38,531 bases of DNA from Octopus sinensis (GCF_006345805.1 NW_021832815.1:1-38531), one strand, 5' to 3'; counted from the first letter of the stretch, positions 24,723 through 35,479 are shown. Program-made: numbers and translations. Notes: generated by a model from the letters alone, not told the origin.

Positions 24723-24770
24723 AGGCCTGCTGATGATTACGTAAGTATGAAATCACTGTGATACAGGTCT
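24723..24770 (+). ncRNA. Type I hammerhead ribozyme, representative plus-arm copy (12 copies, starting ~23294, 23770, 24243, 24723, 25202, 25683, 26160, 26635, 27117, 27596, 28075, 28555)
   Basis: AGGCCTG-CTGATGA-T-TAC-GTAA-GTA-T-GAAA-TCA-CTG-TGA-TA-CAGGTCT. Stem I AGGCCTG/CAGGTCT is 7 bp with one G-U; core CUGAUGA...GAAA; stem II is capped by a GNRA loop (GUAA); stem III is AUCA/UGAU; predicted cleavage after AUA (24763). A few copies have single-base indels that may be read errors. Confidence 0.85.
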
Positions 24771-27700
24771 ATATATTTTTAAATGTCTTTCTTTGAAAAA
24801 TTGCATTCGGTGGGATTAGTAATATTTTTGGTAGAAATGACTGATTGTCCCTCTTAGCGTATGGCGTGTATGTAGAATGCCTCCTGGCATGTATGTATAA
24901 TGCCCTCTATATATAATTATATGTTCAATAAGAAATAATTATTTTCGAAATTTTTTCTCTTATGAGGTTTTTACGCTATCTACCTGACAATTTCTTGTTA
25001 AGTTTTCCTTATTAAGTAGTTGTCCTTAATTGCTAAATTTTTATTCCGAAAAAACTTTTCCTCTCCCGAAATGCAATTCGTAAAAGTTTGCCATTCATCC
25101 GGATATAGTATATATAAATTCAACCATGTGCTTCGTTGATGTTGATCAGTTAGCTGATCGGCTTAAACGAAGCGGGGTCGTTGTTTATCTATGGTATATT
25201 CAGGCCTGCTGATGATTACGTAAGTATGAATCACTGTGATACAGGTCTATATATTTTTAAATGTCTTTCTTTGAAAAATTGCATTCGGTGGATTGATTAG
25301 TAATATTTTTTGTAGAAATGACTGATTGTCCCTCTTAGCGTATGGCGTGTATGTAGAATGCCTCCTGGCATGTATGTATAATGCCCTCTATATATAAATT
25401 AATATGTTCAATAAGAAATAATTATTTTCGAAATTTTTTCTCTTATGAGGTTTTTACGCTATCTACCTGACAATTTCTTGTTAAGTTTTCCTTATTAAGT
25501 AGTTGTCCTTAATTGCTAAATTTTTATTCCGAAAAAACTTTTCCTCTCCCGAAATGCAATTCGTAAAAGTTTGCCATTCCCGGATATAGTATATATAAAT
25601 TCAACCATGTGCTTCGTTGATGTTGATCAGTTAGCTGATCGGCTTAAACGAAGCGGGGTCGTTGTTTATCTATGGTATATTCAGGCCTGCTGATGATTAC
25701 GTAAGTATGAAATCACTGTGATACAGGTCTATATATTTTTAAATGTCTTTCTTTGAAAAATTGCATTCGGTGGGATTAGTAATATTTTTGGTAGAAATGA
25801 CTGATTGTCCCTCTTAGCGTATGGCGTGTATGTAGAATGCCTCCTGGCATGTATGTAAATGCCCTCTATATATAAATTAATATGTTCAATAAGAATAATT
25901 ATTTTCGAAATTTTTTCTCTTATGAGGTTTTTACGCTATCTACCTGACAATTTCTTGTTAAGTTTTCCTTATTAAGTAGTTGTCCTTAATTGCTAAATTT
26001 TTATTCCGAAAAACTTTTCCTCTCCCGAAATGCAATTCGTAAAAGTTTGCCATTCATCCGGATATAGTATATATAAATTCAACCATGTGCTTCGTTGATG
26101 TTGATCAGTTAGCTGATCGGCTTAAACGAAGCGGGTCGTTGTTTATCTATGGTATATTCAGGCCTGCTGATGATACGTAAGTATGAAATCACTGTGATAC
26201 AGGTCTATATATTTTTAAATGTCTTTCTTTGAAAAATTGCATTCGGTGGGATTAGTAATATTTTTGGTAGAAATGACTGATTGTCCCTCTTAGCGTATGG
26301 CGTGTATGTAGAATGCCTCCTGGCATGTATGTATAATGCCCTCTATATATAAATTAATATTCAATAAGAAATAATTATTTTCGAAATTTTTTCTCTATGA
26401 GGTTTTTACGCTATCTACCTGACAATTTCTTGTTAAGTTTTCCTTATTAAGTAGTTGTCCTTAATTGCTAAATTTTTATTCCGAAAAACTTTTCCTCTCC
26501 CGAAATGCAATTCGTAAAAGTTTGCCATTCATCCGGATATAGTATATATAAATTCAACCATGTGCTTCGTTGATGTTGATCAGTTAGCTGATCGGCTTAA
26601 ACGAAGCGGGGTCGTTGTTTATCTATGGTATATCAGGCCTGCTGATGATTACGTAAGTATGAAATCACTGTGATACAGGTCTATATATTTTTAAATGTCT
26701 TTCTTTCTTTGAAAAATTGCATTCGGGGGATTAGTAATATTTTTGGTAGAAATGACTGATTGTCCCTCTTAGCGTATGGCGTGTATGTAGAATGCCTCCT
26801 GGCATGTATGTATAATGCCCTCTATATATAAATTAATATGTTCAATAAGAAATAATTATTTTCGAAATTTTTTCTCTTATGAGGTTTTTACGCTATCTAC
26901 CTGACAATTTCTTGTTAAGCTTTCCTTATTAAGTAGTTGTCCTTAATTGCTAAATTTTATTCCGAAAAAACTTTCCTCTCCCGAAATGCAATTCGTAAAA
27001 GTTTGCCATTCATCCGGATATAGTATATATAATTCAACACCATGTGCTTCGTTGATGTTGATCAGTTAGCTGATCGGCTTAAACGAAGCGGGGTCGTTTT
27101 TATCTATGGTATATTCAGGCCTGCTGATGATTACGTAAGTATGAAATCACTGTGATACAGGTCTATATATTTTTAAATGTCTTTCTTTGAAAAATTGCAT
27201 TCGGTGGGATTAGTAATATTTTTGGTAGAAATGACTGATTGTCCCTCTTAGCGTATGGCGTGTATGTAGAATGCCTCCTGGCATGTATGTATAATGCCCT
27301 CTATATATAAATTAATATGTTCAATAAGAAATAATTATTTTCGAAATTTTTTCTCTTATGAGGTTTTTACGCTATCTACCTGACAATTTCTTGTAAGTTT
27401 TCCTTATTAAGTAGTTGTCCTTAATTGCTAAATTTTTATTCCGAAAAAACTTTTCCTCTCCCGAAATGCAATTCGTAAAAGTTTGCCATTCATCCGGATA
27501 TAGTAATATAAATTCAACCATGTGCTTCGTTGATGTTGATCAGTTAGCTGATCGGCTTAAACGAAGCGGGGTCGTTTTTTATCTATGGTATATTCAGGCC
27601 TGCTGATGATTACGTAAGTATGAAATCACTGTGATACAGGTCTATATATTTTTAAATGTCTTTCTTTGAAAAATTGCATTCGGTGGGATTAGTAATATTT

Positions 27701-28885
27701 TTGGTAGAAATGACTGATTGTCCCTCTTAGCGTATGGCGTGTATGTAGAATGCCTCCTGGCATGTATGTATAATGCCCTCTATATATAAATTAATATGTT
27801 CAATAAGAAATAATTATTTTCGAAATTTTTTCTCTTATGAGGTTTTTACGCTATCTACCTGACAATTTCTTGTTAAGTTTTCCTTATTAAGTAGTTGTCC
27901 TTAATTGCTAAATTTTTATTCCGAAAAACTTTTCCTCTCCCGAAATGCAATTCGTAAAAGTTTGCCATTCATCCGGATATAGTATATATAAATTCAACCA
28001 TGTGCTTCGTTGATGTTGATCAGTTAGCTGATCGGCTTAAACGAAGCGGGGTCGTTGTTTTCTATGGTATATTCAGGCCTGCTGATGATTACGTAAGTAT
28101 GAAATCACTGTGATACAGGTCTATATATTTTTAAATGTCTTTCTTTAAAAATTGCATTCGGTGGGATTAGTAATATTTTTGGTAGAAATGACTGATTGTC
28201 CCTCTTAGCGTATGGCGTGTATGTAGAATGCCTCCTGGCATGTATGTATAATAATGCCCTCTATATATAAATTAATATGTTCAATAAGAAATAATTATTT
28301 TCGAAATTTTTTCTCTTATGAGGTTTTTACGCTATCTACCTGACAATTTCTTGTTAAGTTTTCCTTATTAAGTAGTTGTCCTTAATTGCTAAATTTTTAT
28401 TCCGAAAAAACTTTTCCTCCCCGAAATGCAATTCGTAAATTTGCCATTCATCCGGATATAGTATATATAAATTCAACCATGTGCTTCGTTGATGTTGATC
28501 AGTTAGCTGATCGGCTTAAACGAAGCGGGGTCGTTGTTTATCTATGGTATATTCAGGCCTGCTGATGATTACGTAAGTATGAAATCACTGTGATACAGGT
28601 CTATATATTTTTTAAATGTCTTTCTTTGAAAATTGCATTCGGTGGGATTAGTAATATTTTTGGTAGAAATGACTGATTGTCCCTCTTAGCGTATGGCGTG
28701 TATGTAGAATGCCTCCTGGCATGTATGTATAATGCCCTCTATATATAAATGTATATATATATATATATATATTATATATAATATATATAATATAATGTAT
28801 GTATATTATATAATATATATATATATATATATGTATGTTATATATATATATGTATATATGTATATATATATATTTTATATATATT

Positions 28886-29026
28886 AAGGCGGCGAGCTGG
28901 CAGAAACGTTAGCACGCCGGGTGAAATGCGTAGCCGTATTCGTCTGCCGTTATGTTCTGAGTTCAAATTCCACCGAGGTCAACTTTGCCTTTCATCCTTT
29001 CTGGGTCGATAAATTAAGTACCAGTT
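28886..29026 (+). mobile_element. 5' half of S4 SINE, near-identical duplicate of 29225-29368
   Basis: Same sequence including the preceding TATTTTATATATATT flank. Confidence 0.85.
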
Positions 29027-29033
29027 ATGTGTA

Positions 29034-29137
<104 letters not shown>

Positions 29138-29143
29138 TATGTA

Positions 29144-29188
<45 letters not shown>

Positions 29189-29224
29189 ATGTATATATGT
29201 ATATATCTATTTTATATATATATT

Positions 29225-29464
29225 AAGGCGGCGAGCTGGCAGAAACGTTAGCACGCCGGGTGAAATGCGTAGCGGTATTTCGTCTGCCGTTATGTTTCGA
29301 GTTCAAATCCACCGAGGTCAACTTTGCCTTTCATCCTCTTCTGGGTCGATAAACATTAAGTACCAGTTCTTACCCACTGGGGTCGATGTAATCGACTTAA
29401 TACCTATGTCTGTCCTTGTTTGTCCCCTCTGTGTTTAGCCCCTTGTGGGTAATAAAGAAATAGG
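29225..29464 (+). mobile_element. SINE family S4
   Basis: AAGGCGGCGAGCTGGCAGAAACGTTAGC head, GAGTTCAAAT-C box, GGGTCGATAAA-TTAAGTACCAGT core, AGCCCCTTGTGGGTAATAAAGAAA tail. Confidence 0.85.
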
Positions 29465-29814
29465 TACTGAGTTGTCAAACATTTAAACCAAAGTTTCTGA
29501 AAACAACTTGTCTCACCATCCCATAGGCCTCCCCTTTGAGAAACACTGATTTAACCTAAATTTGAGACACCAGAAAAAAAACAAAGATTGACTTTTTTCT
29601 ATTCCAAAGAAAAACGATTTTATTTACACAAATATACAACCGAAGAGTTTAAAGTACCAGTAATGATAAGGCTGTTGACTGGGAGAACACAAACATGGTT
29701 TAAACAGTAAGCTTGGCAGGAAAGAAACCTGCCTTTAAGCAGTACAAAAACAACATAAAATGGAAGGTACAGTTATGTACAGGTTGACGGAAGAAAAGCA
29801 GGACAAAAACAGCT

Positions 29815-29985
29815 TTATCGATCGCATTCTCACCTGGAATCGAATCTTGTAACTTTTTCAAGACTTATACACGCCCTGATACCGTCGGTACCTACATATC
29901 AAATTTGAGCGCAATCGGATTGAGGATGCCCCAGATCCTAGAAGACACACACACAGACAGACAGAACGGATTTTATATAATAGAT
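29815..29985 (+). mobile_element. HINE/DINE-like terminal fragment
   Basis: CAAATTTGAGCGCAATCGG...(ACAG)n...GATTTTATATAATAGAT pattern typical of Helentron-associated elements. Confidence 0.45.
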
Positions 29986-30103
29986 ATGTACATCTGTATG
30001 CTGTCTATACACTGTGATGCTCTGCTATTGTATCGAAATAAAACTATTCAATTTATAAGGGGTGTATATGTGTATTAGCATGTATATATGCGCACATAAG
30101 TAT

Positions 30104-30158
<55 letters not shown>

Positions 30159-30160
<2 letters not shown>

Positions 30161-30847
30161 CACTTCATACCGAAGACATGACACGATGTAGGTAAAGAAC
30201 TTGAGAATTGAAAAGTTTACGCGAAACCGGTTTTTCTCCAAAAACAATGTTACTATACACAAAATTTTATAACATTTTTCTAACATAACGACTTAAACAT
30301 ATTCTTTAACCTTATAAACAAGCCTTCTGTAGTTTTTTCACTCTCTTCTATTTTTTATATACACACACAACACACACACACACACACAATATATATATAT
30401 ATATATATAATATATAATATATATATATATATATATTATATTATATACATACATACATACATATACGTATTGTTTTTAATCAGTTTATTACCTATCACTA
30501 CCGCTAAACAAACATCTATAATCTGTGAAATCTTTTTAAACAATTCACTAATTCACCGGAAAAAAAATTATTCTTTTATGAAGTGGCTTCAATTCTGGTG
30601 GAGCTTTTTGAACGATAATGAAAATCGATAATTGATCAATTGATTAAGAAATTCTGCAGATGAAACTCATGCAACACTTCGACCTGAAGGCTTGTTTTAT
30701 ATGGTTAAAGAATATATTTAAGTCGTTATGTTAGAAAAATTTTGTGTATAGTAACATAGTTTTGGGAGAAAAATCGGTTTCGTGTAAACTTTTCAATTTC
30801 TCAAAGTTCTTTACCTACATCATGTCATGTCTTCGTTATGAAGTGCA
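30159..30847. repeat. Inverted repeat, ~165-bp arms (30159-30327 / 30686-30847), flanked by (TA)n
   Basis: Direct comparison of the arms, e.g. AACATAACGACTTAAA / TTTAAGTCGTTATGTT. Confidence 0.85.
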
Positions 30848-31112
30848 CATATATATATATATATATAAATCATCTACGAACTTCTGGAGAAGTAACCCAA
30901 GAAGTTATTTGCAATGAACAGCTTCTTTCAGAGTGTTCTGTTCTTTAGTTTCTATTTACCATACTTTAAAATATATTAATAGATGTTGACGGATTGAAAG
31001 ATGATCACCGGAATCTCTCTAAGTTCACATCACTAGAAATTTAGAAAGCAATATTGTGCTAGTCTATGCCAATACGTTATTTAATGTATTAAATACACAG
31101 ACACATACATAC

Positions 31113-31143
<31 letters not shown>

Positions 31144-31267
31144 TACACATACACACATACATACATATATATACTTATATATACATACATATATATATAT
31201 ATGTATATATGTATATATATGTGTGTGTGTGTGTGTGCGCGTGTGTGCGTGTGTGCGCGCGTGTGTG

Positions 31268-31563
31268 GTGGAGACGCAATGGCCCAGTGGTTAGGGCAGC
31301 GGACGCGCGGTCGTAGGATCGCGGTTTCCATTCACAGACTGGGCGTTGTGAGTGTTTATTGAGCAAAAACACCTAAAGCTCACGAGGCTCCGACAGGGGG
31401 AAGGGCATCCCTGCTGTACTCTTTCGCAACAACTTTCTTTCACTTTTCTTTTGGCCTGCTCGCTTAGCCAACGGGGTGGCGTCATTTGAAGGCTAAAACA
31501 ATGCGAAGTGCATTGTCACCAGCGATGTGTAGCAACATCTGATAGCCTGGTCGGTCACGGTGA
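31268..31563 (+). mobile_element. SINE with S2 head and a different 3' tail
   Basis: S2-like to ...ACAACTTTCTTTCACT, then an unrelated tail ending GATAGCCTGGTCGGTCACGGTGATA. Confidence 0.8.
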
Positions 31564-31671
31564 TATATATATATATATATATCTTCAGCCCTGGACCCAA
31601 CGTGCATGAGTTTCTCGAAAAGTATATTCAATACGTCAAACATGTTAAAAATATATATATACATATATAAT

Positions 31672-31721
31672 GGCGTAGGAGTAGCTGTGTGGTAAGTAGC
31701 TTGCATACCAACCACATGGTT
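31672..31721 (+). mobile_element. S1 head fragment, cut off by a small inverted-repeat element
   Basis: GGCGTAGGAGTAGCTGTGTGGTAAGTAGCTTGCATACCAACCACATGGTT. Confidence 0.75.
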
Positions 31722-31811
31722 CAGTACCGGTTTCAGTCATTGAGCCTTCTTCAACTGTAACAATTAAATAATTAAATTTAGAAAAAGTCTCAATGACTGA
31801 AACCGGTACTG
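31722..31811. repeat. 90-bp mini inverted-repeat element (perfect 23-bp arms)
   Basis: CAGTACCGGTTTCAGTCATTGAG / CTCAATGACTGAAACCGGTACTG. Confidence 0.85.
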
Positions 31812-31901
31812 AAATGTTTTTTATAAAATTATTTTAGCATTTTCTATCTTGACTTTTTTCCATATATATTACCTCGTGTGTTCCTTTTCATCCTTATACA
31901 T

Positions 31902-31965
<64 letters not shown>

Positions 31966-31987
31966 TATATATACATACATACATACA

Positions 31988-32018
<31 letters not shown>

Positions 32019-32064
32019 CCATCATTTTCTGTTAAAATGTCTAATTGATGACTTTCATTTCTTC

Positions 32065-32153
32065 ATTTCCCTGAAGAGAAGATTACATTGTTTTACGCCA
32101 TTTTATTCCTTTGGAATAATACCAGTCATATCTTCGAAACATGTGTCGGAAGT
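32065..32153 (+). ncRNA. Stand-alone canonical type I hammerhead ribozyme, probably in a PLE pseudo-LTR remnant
   Basis: ATTTCC-CTGAAGA-GAAGAT...(46 nt)...ATCTTC-GAAA-C-ATGT-G-TC-GGAAGT. Stem I 6 bp; stem II 6 bp with G10.1-C11.1; minimal stem III; GUC cleavage triplet (32145-32147). Confidence 0.8.
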
Positions 32154-32806
32154 AAAAGAATTTGAATAACACCTGCGTTTAACTCCATTTATTTATTTAT
32201 ATATATTATACAAAATATTTCACGTAAACCCGAAGTTTCCACCTTTAAAAACAAGGAGTTACAACCTTTTTACTTGTGTGATTTTTTGCTACCCTGGTAA
32301 CTATTTATATATTTTTCCGTGTTAATTGTTAACAAGGGGAAAATACACACATCTATCTATCTATCTATATATATATATATATAATATATATATATATATA
32401 ATATATATATATATATTATATATATGCATTATATATGTATGTATGTATATATATTATACATATGTACATATATATGTATGTGTGTGTGTGTGTGTGTGTG
32501 TGTAGAATTCAATTGTTCTTTCGGTTTTGGGTCCACTATAATCCCAGTTAAGTTTCGGTTGGGTAACGAAAAACAATTAGAGACATTTTTTTTTAGGATA
32601 GTCCACAAAGGACTTTTCCCCCAATTGAATTCAATACAAATTACTTGGTAGTTGAATGGAGAAAGGTTTCGGCAGCAAAGCATTTATGTGAAGGCATGTC
32701 TCATTCAGCTTTCAAACCACCCACGTCAACATCATCACCTTTTCATTCTATGTCTGTCGTACGATATTTCAAGGACACGCAAAAATAACAATACAAGAAT
32801 ACCTAT

Positions 32807-33230
32807 ATGAGTGAGTGAGTGAATGAGTGAGTGAGTGAGTGAGTGAGCAAGGGAGGGAGGGAGGGAGAGAGTGAGTGAGTGAGGGAGGGAGTGAATGATT
32901 GAGTGCGTGAGTGAAAGACTGAGTGAGTGAATGAGTGAGCGAGGGAGGGAGGGAGGGAGAGGTTAAGTGAGGGGGGAGGGAGAGAGAGAGAGAGTAAGTG
33001 AGGGAAGAAGGGAGGGAGTGAATAATTGAGTGCGTGAGTGAGTGAGTGAGTGAGTGAGTGAGAGTGTGTGAGTGAGTGAGTGTGTGTGAGTGAGTGAGTG
33101 AGTGAGGGAAGGAGGGAGGAGGGAGGGAGTGAGTGAGTGAGTGAGTGAGTGAGTGAGTGAGTGAGTGAGTGAGTGTGCGAGTGAGTGAGGGAGGGAGGGA
33201 GGGAGGGGAGGGGGAGGGAGGGAGGGAGTG
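32807..33230. repeat. Compound purine-rich (GAGT)n/(GAGG)n microsatellite
   Basis: Direct reading of the sequence. Confidence 0.95.
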
Positions 33231-33705
33231 CGGTGGGGTGTATGTCTTTGTCGGTGTGTGCTTGTGTCTTAGTATCTTTGTGTATATGGTATTAATGCGT
33301 AGATTCAGAAACGTAATAATAAAACAAAAGCTACTGATACATGAAAACAACACCGAACAATGCAGCTAAGGTGTTTTTTTATTTTATTTTCGGTGATAAC
33401 AATATCACCTGTAACGAGATCATTCCCAAGACACTTGTTGTCCACATTGATAATGCGACAACGTATATCCTCATTAGCAAACAACACATCTTGAAGATAA
33501 GATCGACAAGAGTTAGCCAAGTTCGTCACAATTCTTTCATAGAAAAGATCAAACGCGAAACAGTCACATGTTCAATTTAACACGTTAAAAGATGTTCCAT
33601 ACAAACACATATACACACACATATTTATATACAAATGTACGTGTGTATATAAACATGTATATTTTTGTATATAAACACACAAATATAGTTATGTTCATAT
33701 ACATA

Positions 33706-33825
33706 CGATGGTAAGTCAAAAGTTAAGTGCATTCTTACTTCTGTAACTTAATAAAACAAAAGCCTGGGTTGGACAGTGATATCATTTTTCGACAGTGTCT
33801 CCTTGATTTTCGATTAAATTCGTCC
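33706..33825 (-). mobile_element. Mariner remnant (part 2): last codons and 3' terminal inverted repeat
   Basis: (G)TNLIENQGDTVEK* resembles the mariner end WTKCIEKQGDYVEK*. The terminus TA|CGATGGTAAGTCAAAAGT has a TA target dinucleotide at 33704-33705. Confidence 0.75.
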
Positions 33826-34223
33826 CCAAAGTCCATCCCCATCCTCTCCATGGTGGGGACGCTGGCAACGGGTAGTGTCAGAGCTATGCCGTCGGGAACT
33901 TCGGTTCCTGGTAGGGCCACCCAAGGCGGATTGGTCTGACACCGAGTGGTATTAGGGCCACAACCCGGCAGACGGGGCTCTGGTGAATATCCTCGGAGTG
34001 TCTGTTTCCGCAACCGGCGGCTCCTCGGTCGTTCTGTCCCTGCGTCTGCGGACAATCTGCGGCAAACAAGATGTCTCTACATGCGGGATTGTTGGGGACC
34101 GCTTGTGAAATTCATATTCCCACGAAACTTCTACTGCCATGGTTCAAGATGCCTCGAGGGTGGTGGAAGAAGCCGACTCAACCCGCCCAGGGTGAATGTC
34201 GCCACAAGTAAGTAAGTAAGTAT
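33826..34223 (+). mobile_element. GC-rich ~400-bp non-autonomous retroposon, RTE-like, inserted into the mariner ORF
   Basis: Splits the mariner reading frame between ...VSR and (W)T.... Ends in an (AAGT)n tail (34206-34221). The 5' part has a GAGCTATGCC...CCTGGTAGGG.CACCCA.GGC motif that I recall from RTE-clade 5' regions (not database-checked). Confidence 0.6.
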
Positions 34224-34462
34224 GCGGCTCACAAGCTTGCTCGTTCCATCGGAGAAGATTTTTTACTGGTCATGCAGCCATTTATGCACAACAACCTGCG
34301 CTTCTTCGTCCTCAGATTCGTCCTAAAATATATTTGAGCTATCAAAAGTGATGATAGTCGAAAGGAGTGAGACCGGGACTATATGCAGTTTGTTCCAACA
34401 ATTTGAAGTACAATTTTCTAATTGTTTTGACGCTTTGGGCGGCCGTACGTTGGCGTACATTT
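34224..34462 (-). mobile_element. Mariner transposase C-terminal remnant (part 1)
   Basis: NVRQRTAAQSVKTIRKLYFKLLEQTAYSPGLTPFDYHHF...EDEEAQVVVHKWLHDQ*KIFSDGTSKLVSR matches the mariner DNARPH/YSPDLAPSDYHLF region. Confidence 0.8.
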
Positions 34463-34712
34463 TCCTACAATAACAGAAACAGTTCTTGCTTTAAGATGCC
34501 ATAGCTTTTGTATTTCAATTTCCAGGTCCTTATATTTACTTAATTGGTCAAATTCCTTTAGATATATTTTTATCAGTCGGTACACTTACATCTATTAGTC
34601 TACAAGTATTTTCTTCCAGCCTTTAATGACTATGTCTGGTCGATTAGCCTTGATTGTTCTGTTGGGTTGACTGGAAAATCTCAGAGGACAGTGACATTTT
34701 ACCTTCAACGAA
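34463..34712 (-). mobile_element. Second, distinct R4/Dong-type endonuclease-domain fragment
   Basis: Minus strand across frameshifts gives TVL*DFPV..TIKANRPDIVIK..RLIDVSVPTDKNI..EFDQLSKYKDLEIEIQKLWHLKARTVSVIVG. Confidence 0.85.
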
Positions 34713-34719
34713 TGTCTCC

Positions 34720-35446
34720 GATACATTGTCATCTGCTGGTATTGATACATCGATTAAAAGGCTGCTTTTTTCTTGTGATCTCTGACGACTACATCAAGTC
34801 TATTAGCCTTGATTTCTCTATCTGTATGTGTTGGCATAATCCAGAGTATGACTGCGCTGTCATTTTCTGATGCTTTTACTGGAGTGTGCCAATACCATCT
34901 TTTTTTCTGTTGTCATTCTATAGTGTTGGCATAGCTTTTGGTGTATATAGGTCCCAACTCTGTCATGTCTATGGATATATTCCTTCTTAGCCAGAACTGA
35001 TTAGCCAGAGAGAATATGATTCATTGTTTATCCCCATCATCCCATATTCTGCAATTACTTGTATTTATATAGTTATGGTTTTCATTGTGTGTTTCTGGTG
35101 ATTTCTGGTGGGGAGGCTTTGATCTTGTGCTGCAGTTAAAAAATCCTTCAGTCTCTGCTTTGAGTCCTGAACTTCTCAGTCTTTGTTTATATTTTACTTT
35201 GTTTATTTCTTTTCTACTCTTTTACTTGTTTCAGTCATTTGACTGTGGCCATGCTGGAGCACCGCCTTTAGTCGAGCAAATCGACCCCCAGGACTTATTC
35301 TTTGTAAGCCTAGTACTTATTCTATCGGTCTCTTTTGCCGAACCGCTAAGTTACGGGGTCGTAAACACACCAGCATCGGTTGTCAAGTGATGTTGGGGGT
35401 GGGGGGACAAACACACACGCATAAACATATACACACACACATGCAT

Positions 35447-35479
<33 letters not shown>

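Larger units (their letters stand above)
20640..28750. repeat. Tandem array of a ~480-bp hammerhead-containing monomer (~17 monomer equivalents), retrozyme-like, with internal inversions
   Basis: The marker AGAGGGCAT recurs at ~20651, 21135, 21682, 22158, 22638 and 23115. Its complement ATGCCCTCT recurs 12 times from ~23470 to ~28735 at ~479-bp spacing. Orientation switches at ~21345, across the (TA)n at 21471-21553, and at ~23241-23247. Both outer ends abut (TA)n. Confidence 0.97.

Noticed and set aside
21855-27606. 63-aa ORF MSLIAKFLFRKNFSSPEMQF... recurring in the array
   Set aside because: It reaches 63 aa only in three copies with particular indels. Most copies are frameshifted or stop earlier, the start is TTG, and I recognise no homology.
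20640-28750. Array as a 5S rRNA, tRNA or snRNA gene cluster
   Set aside because: No recognisable 5S, cloverleaf, Sm-site or A/B-box sequence in the monomer.
33945-33990. Pistol-like GTGG-TATTAGGG-CCAC hairpin and HDV-like TCCTCG loops in the RTE-like insert
   Set aside because: The required pseudoknot partners and conserved linkers are not present in the right order.
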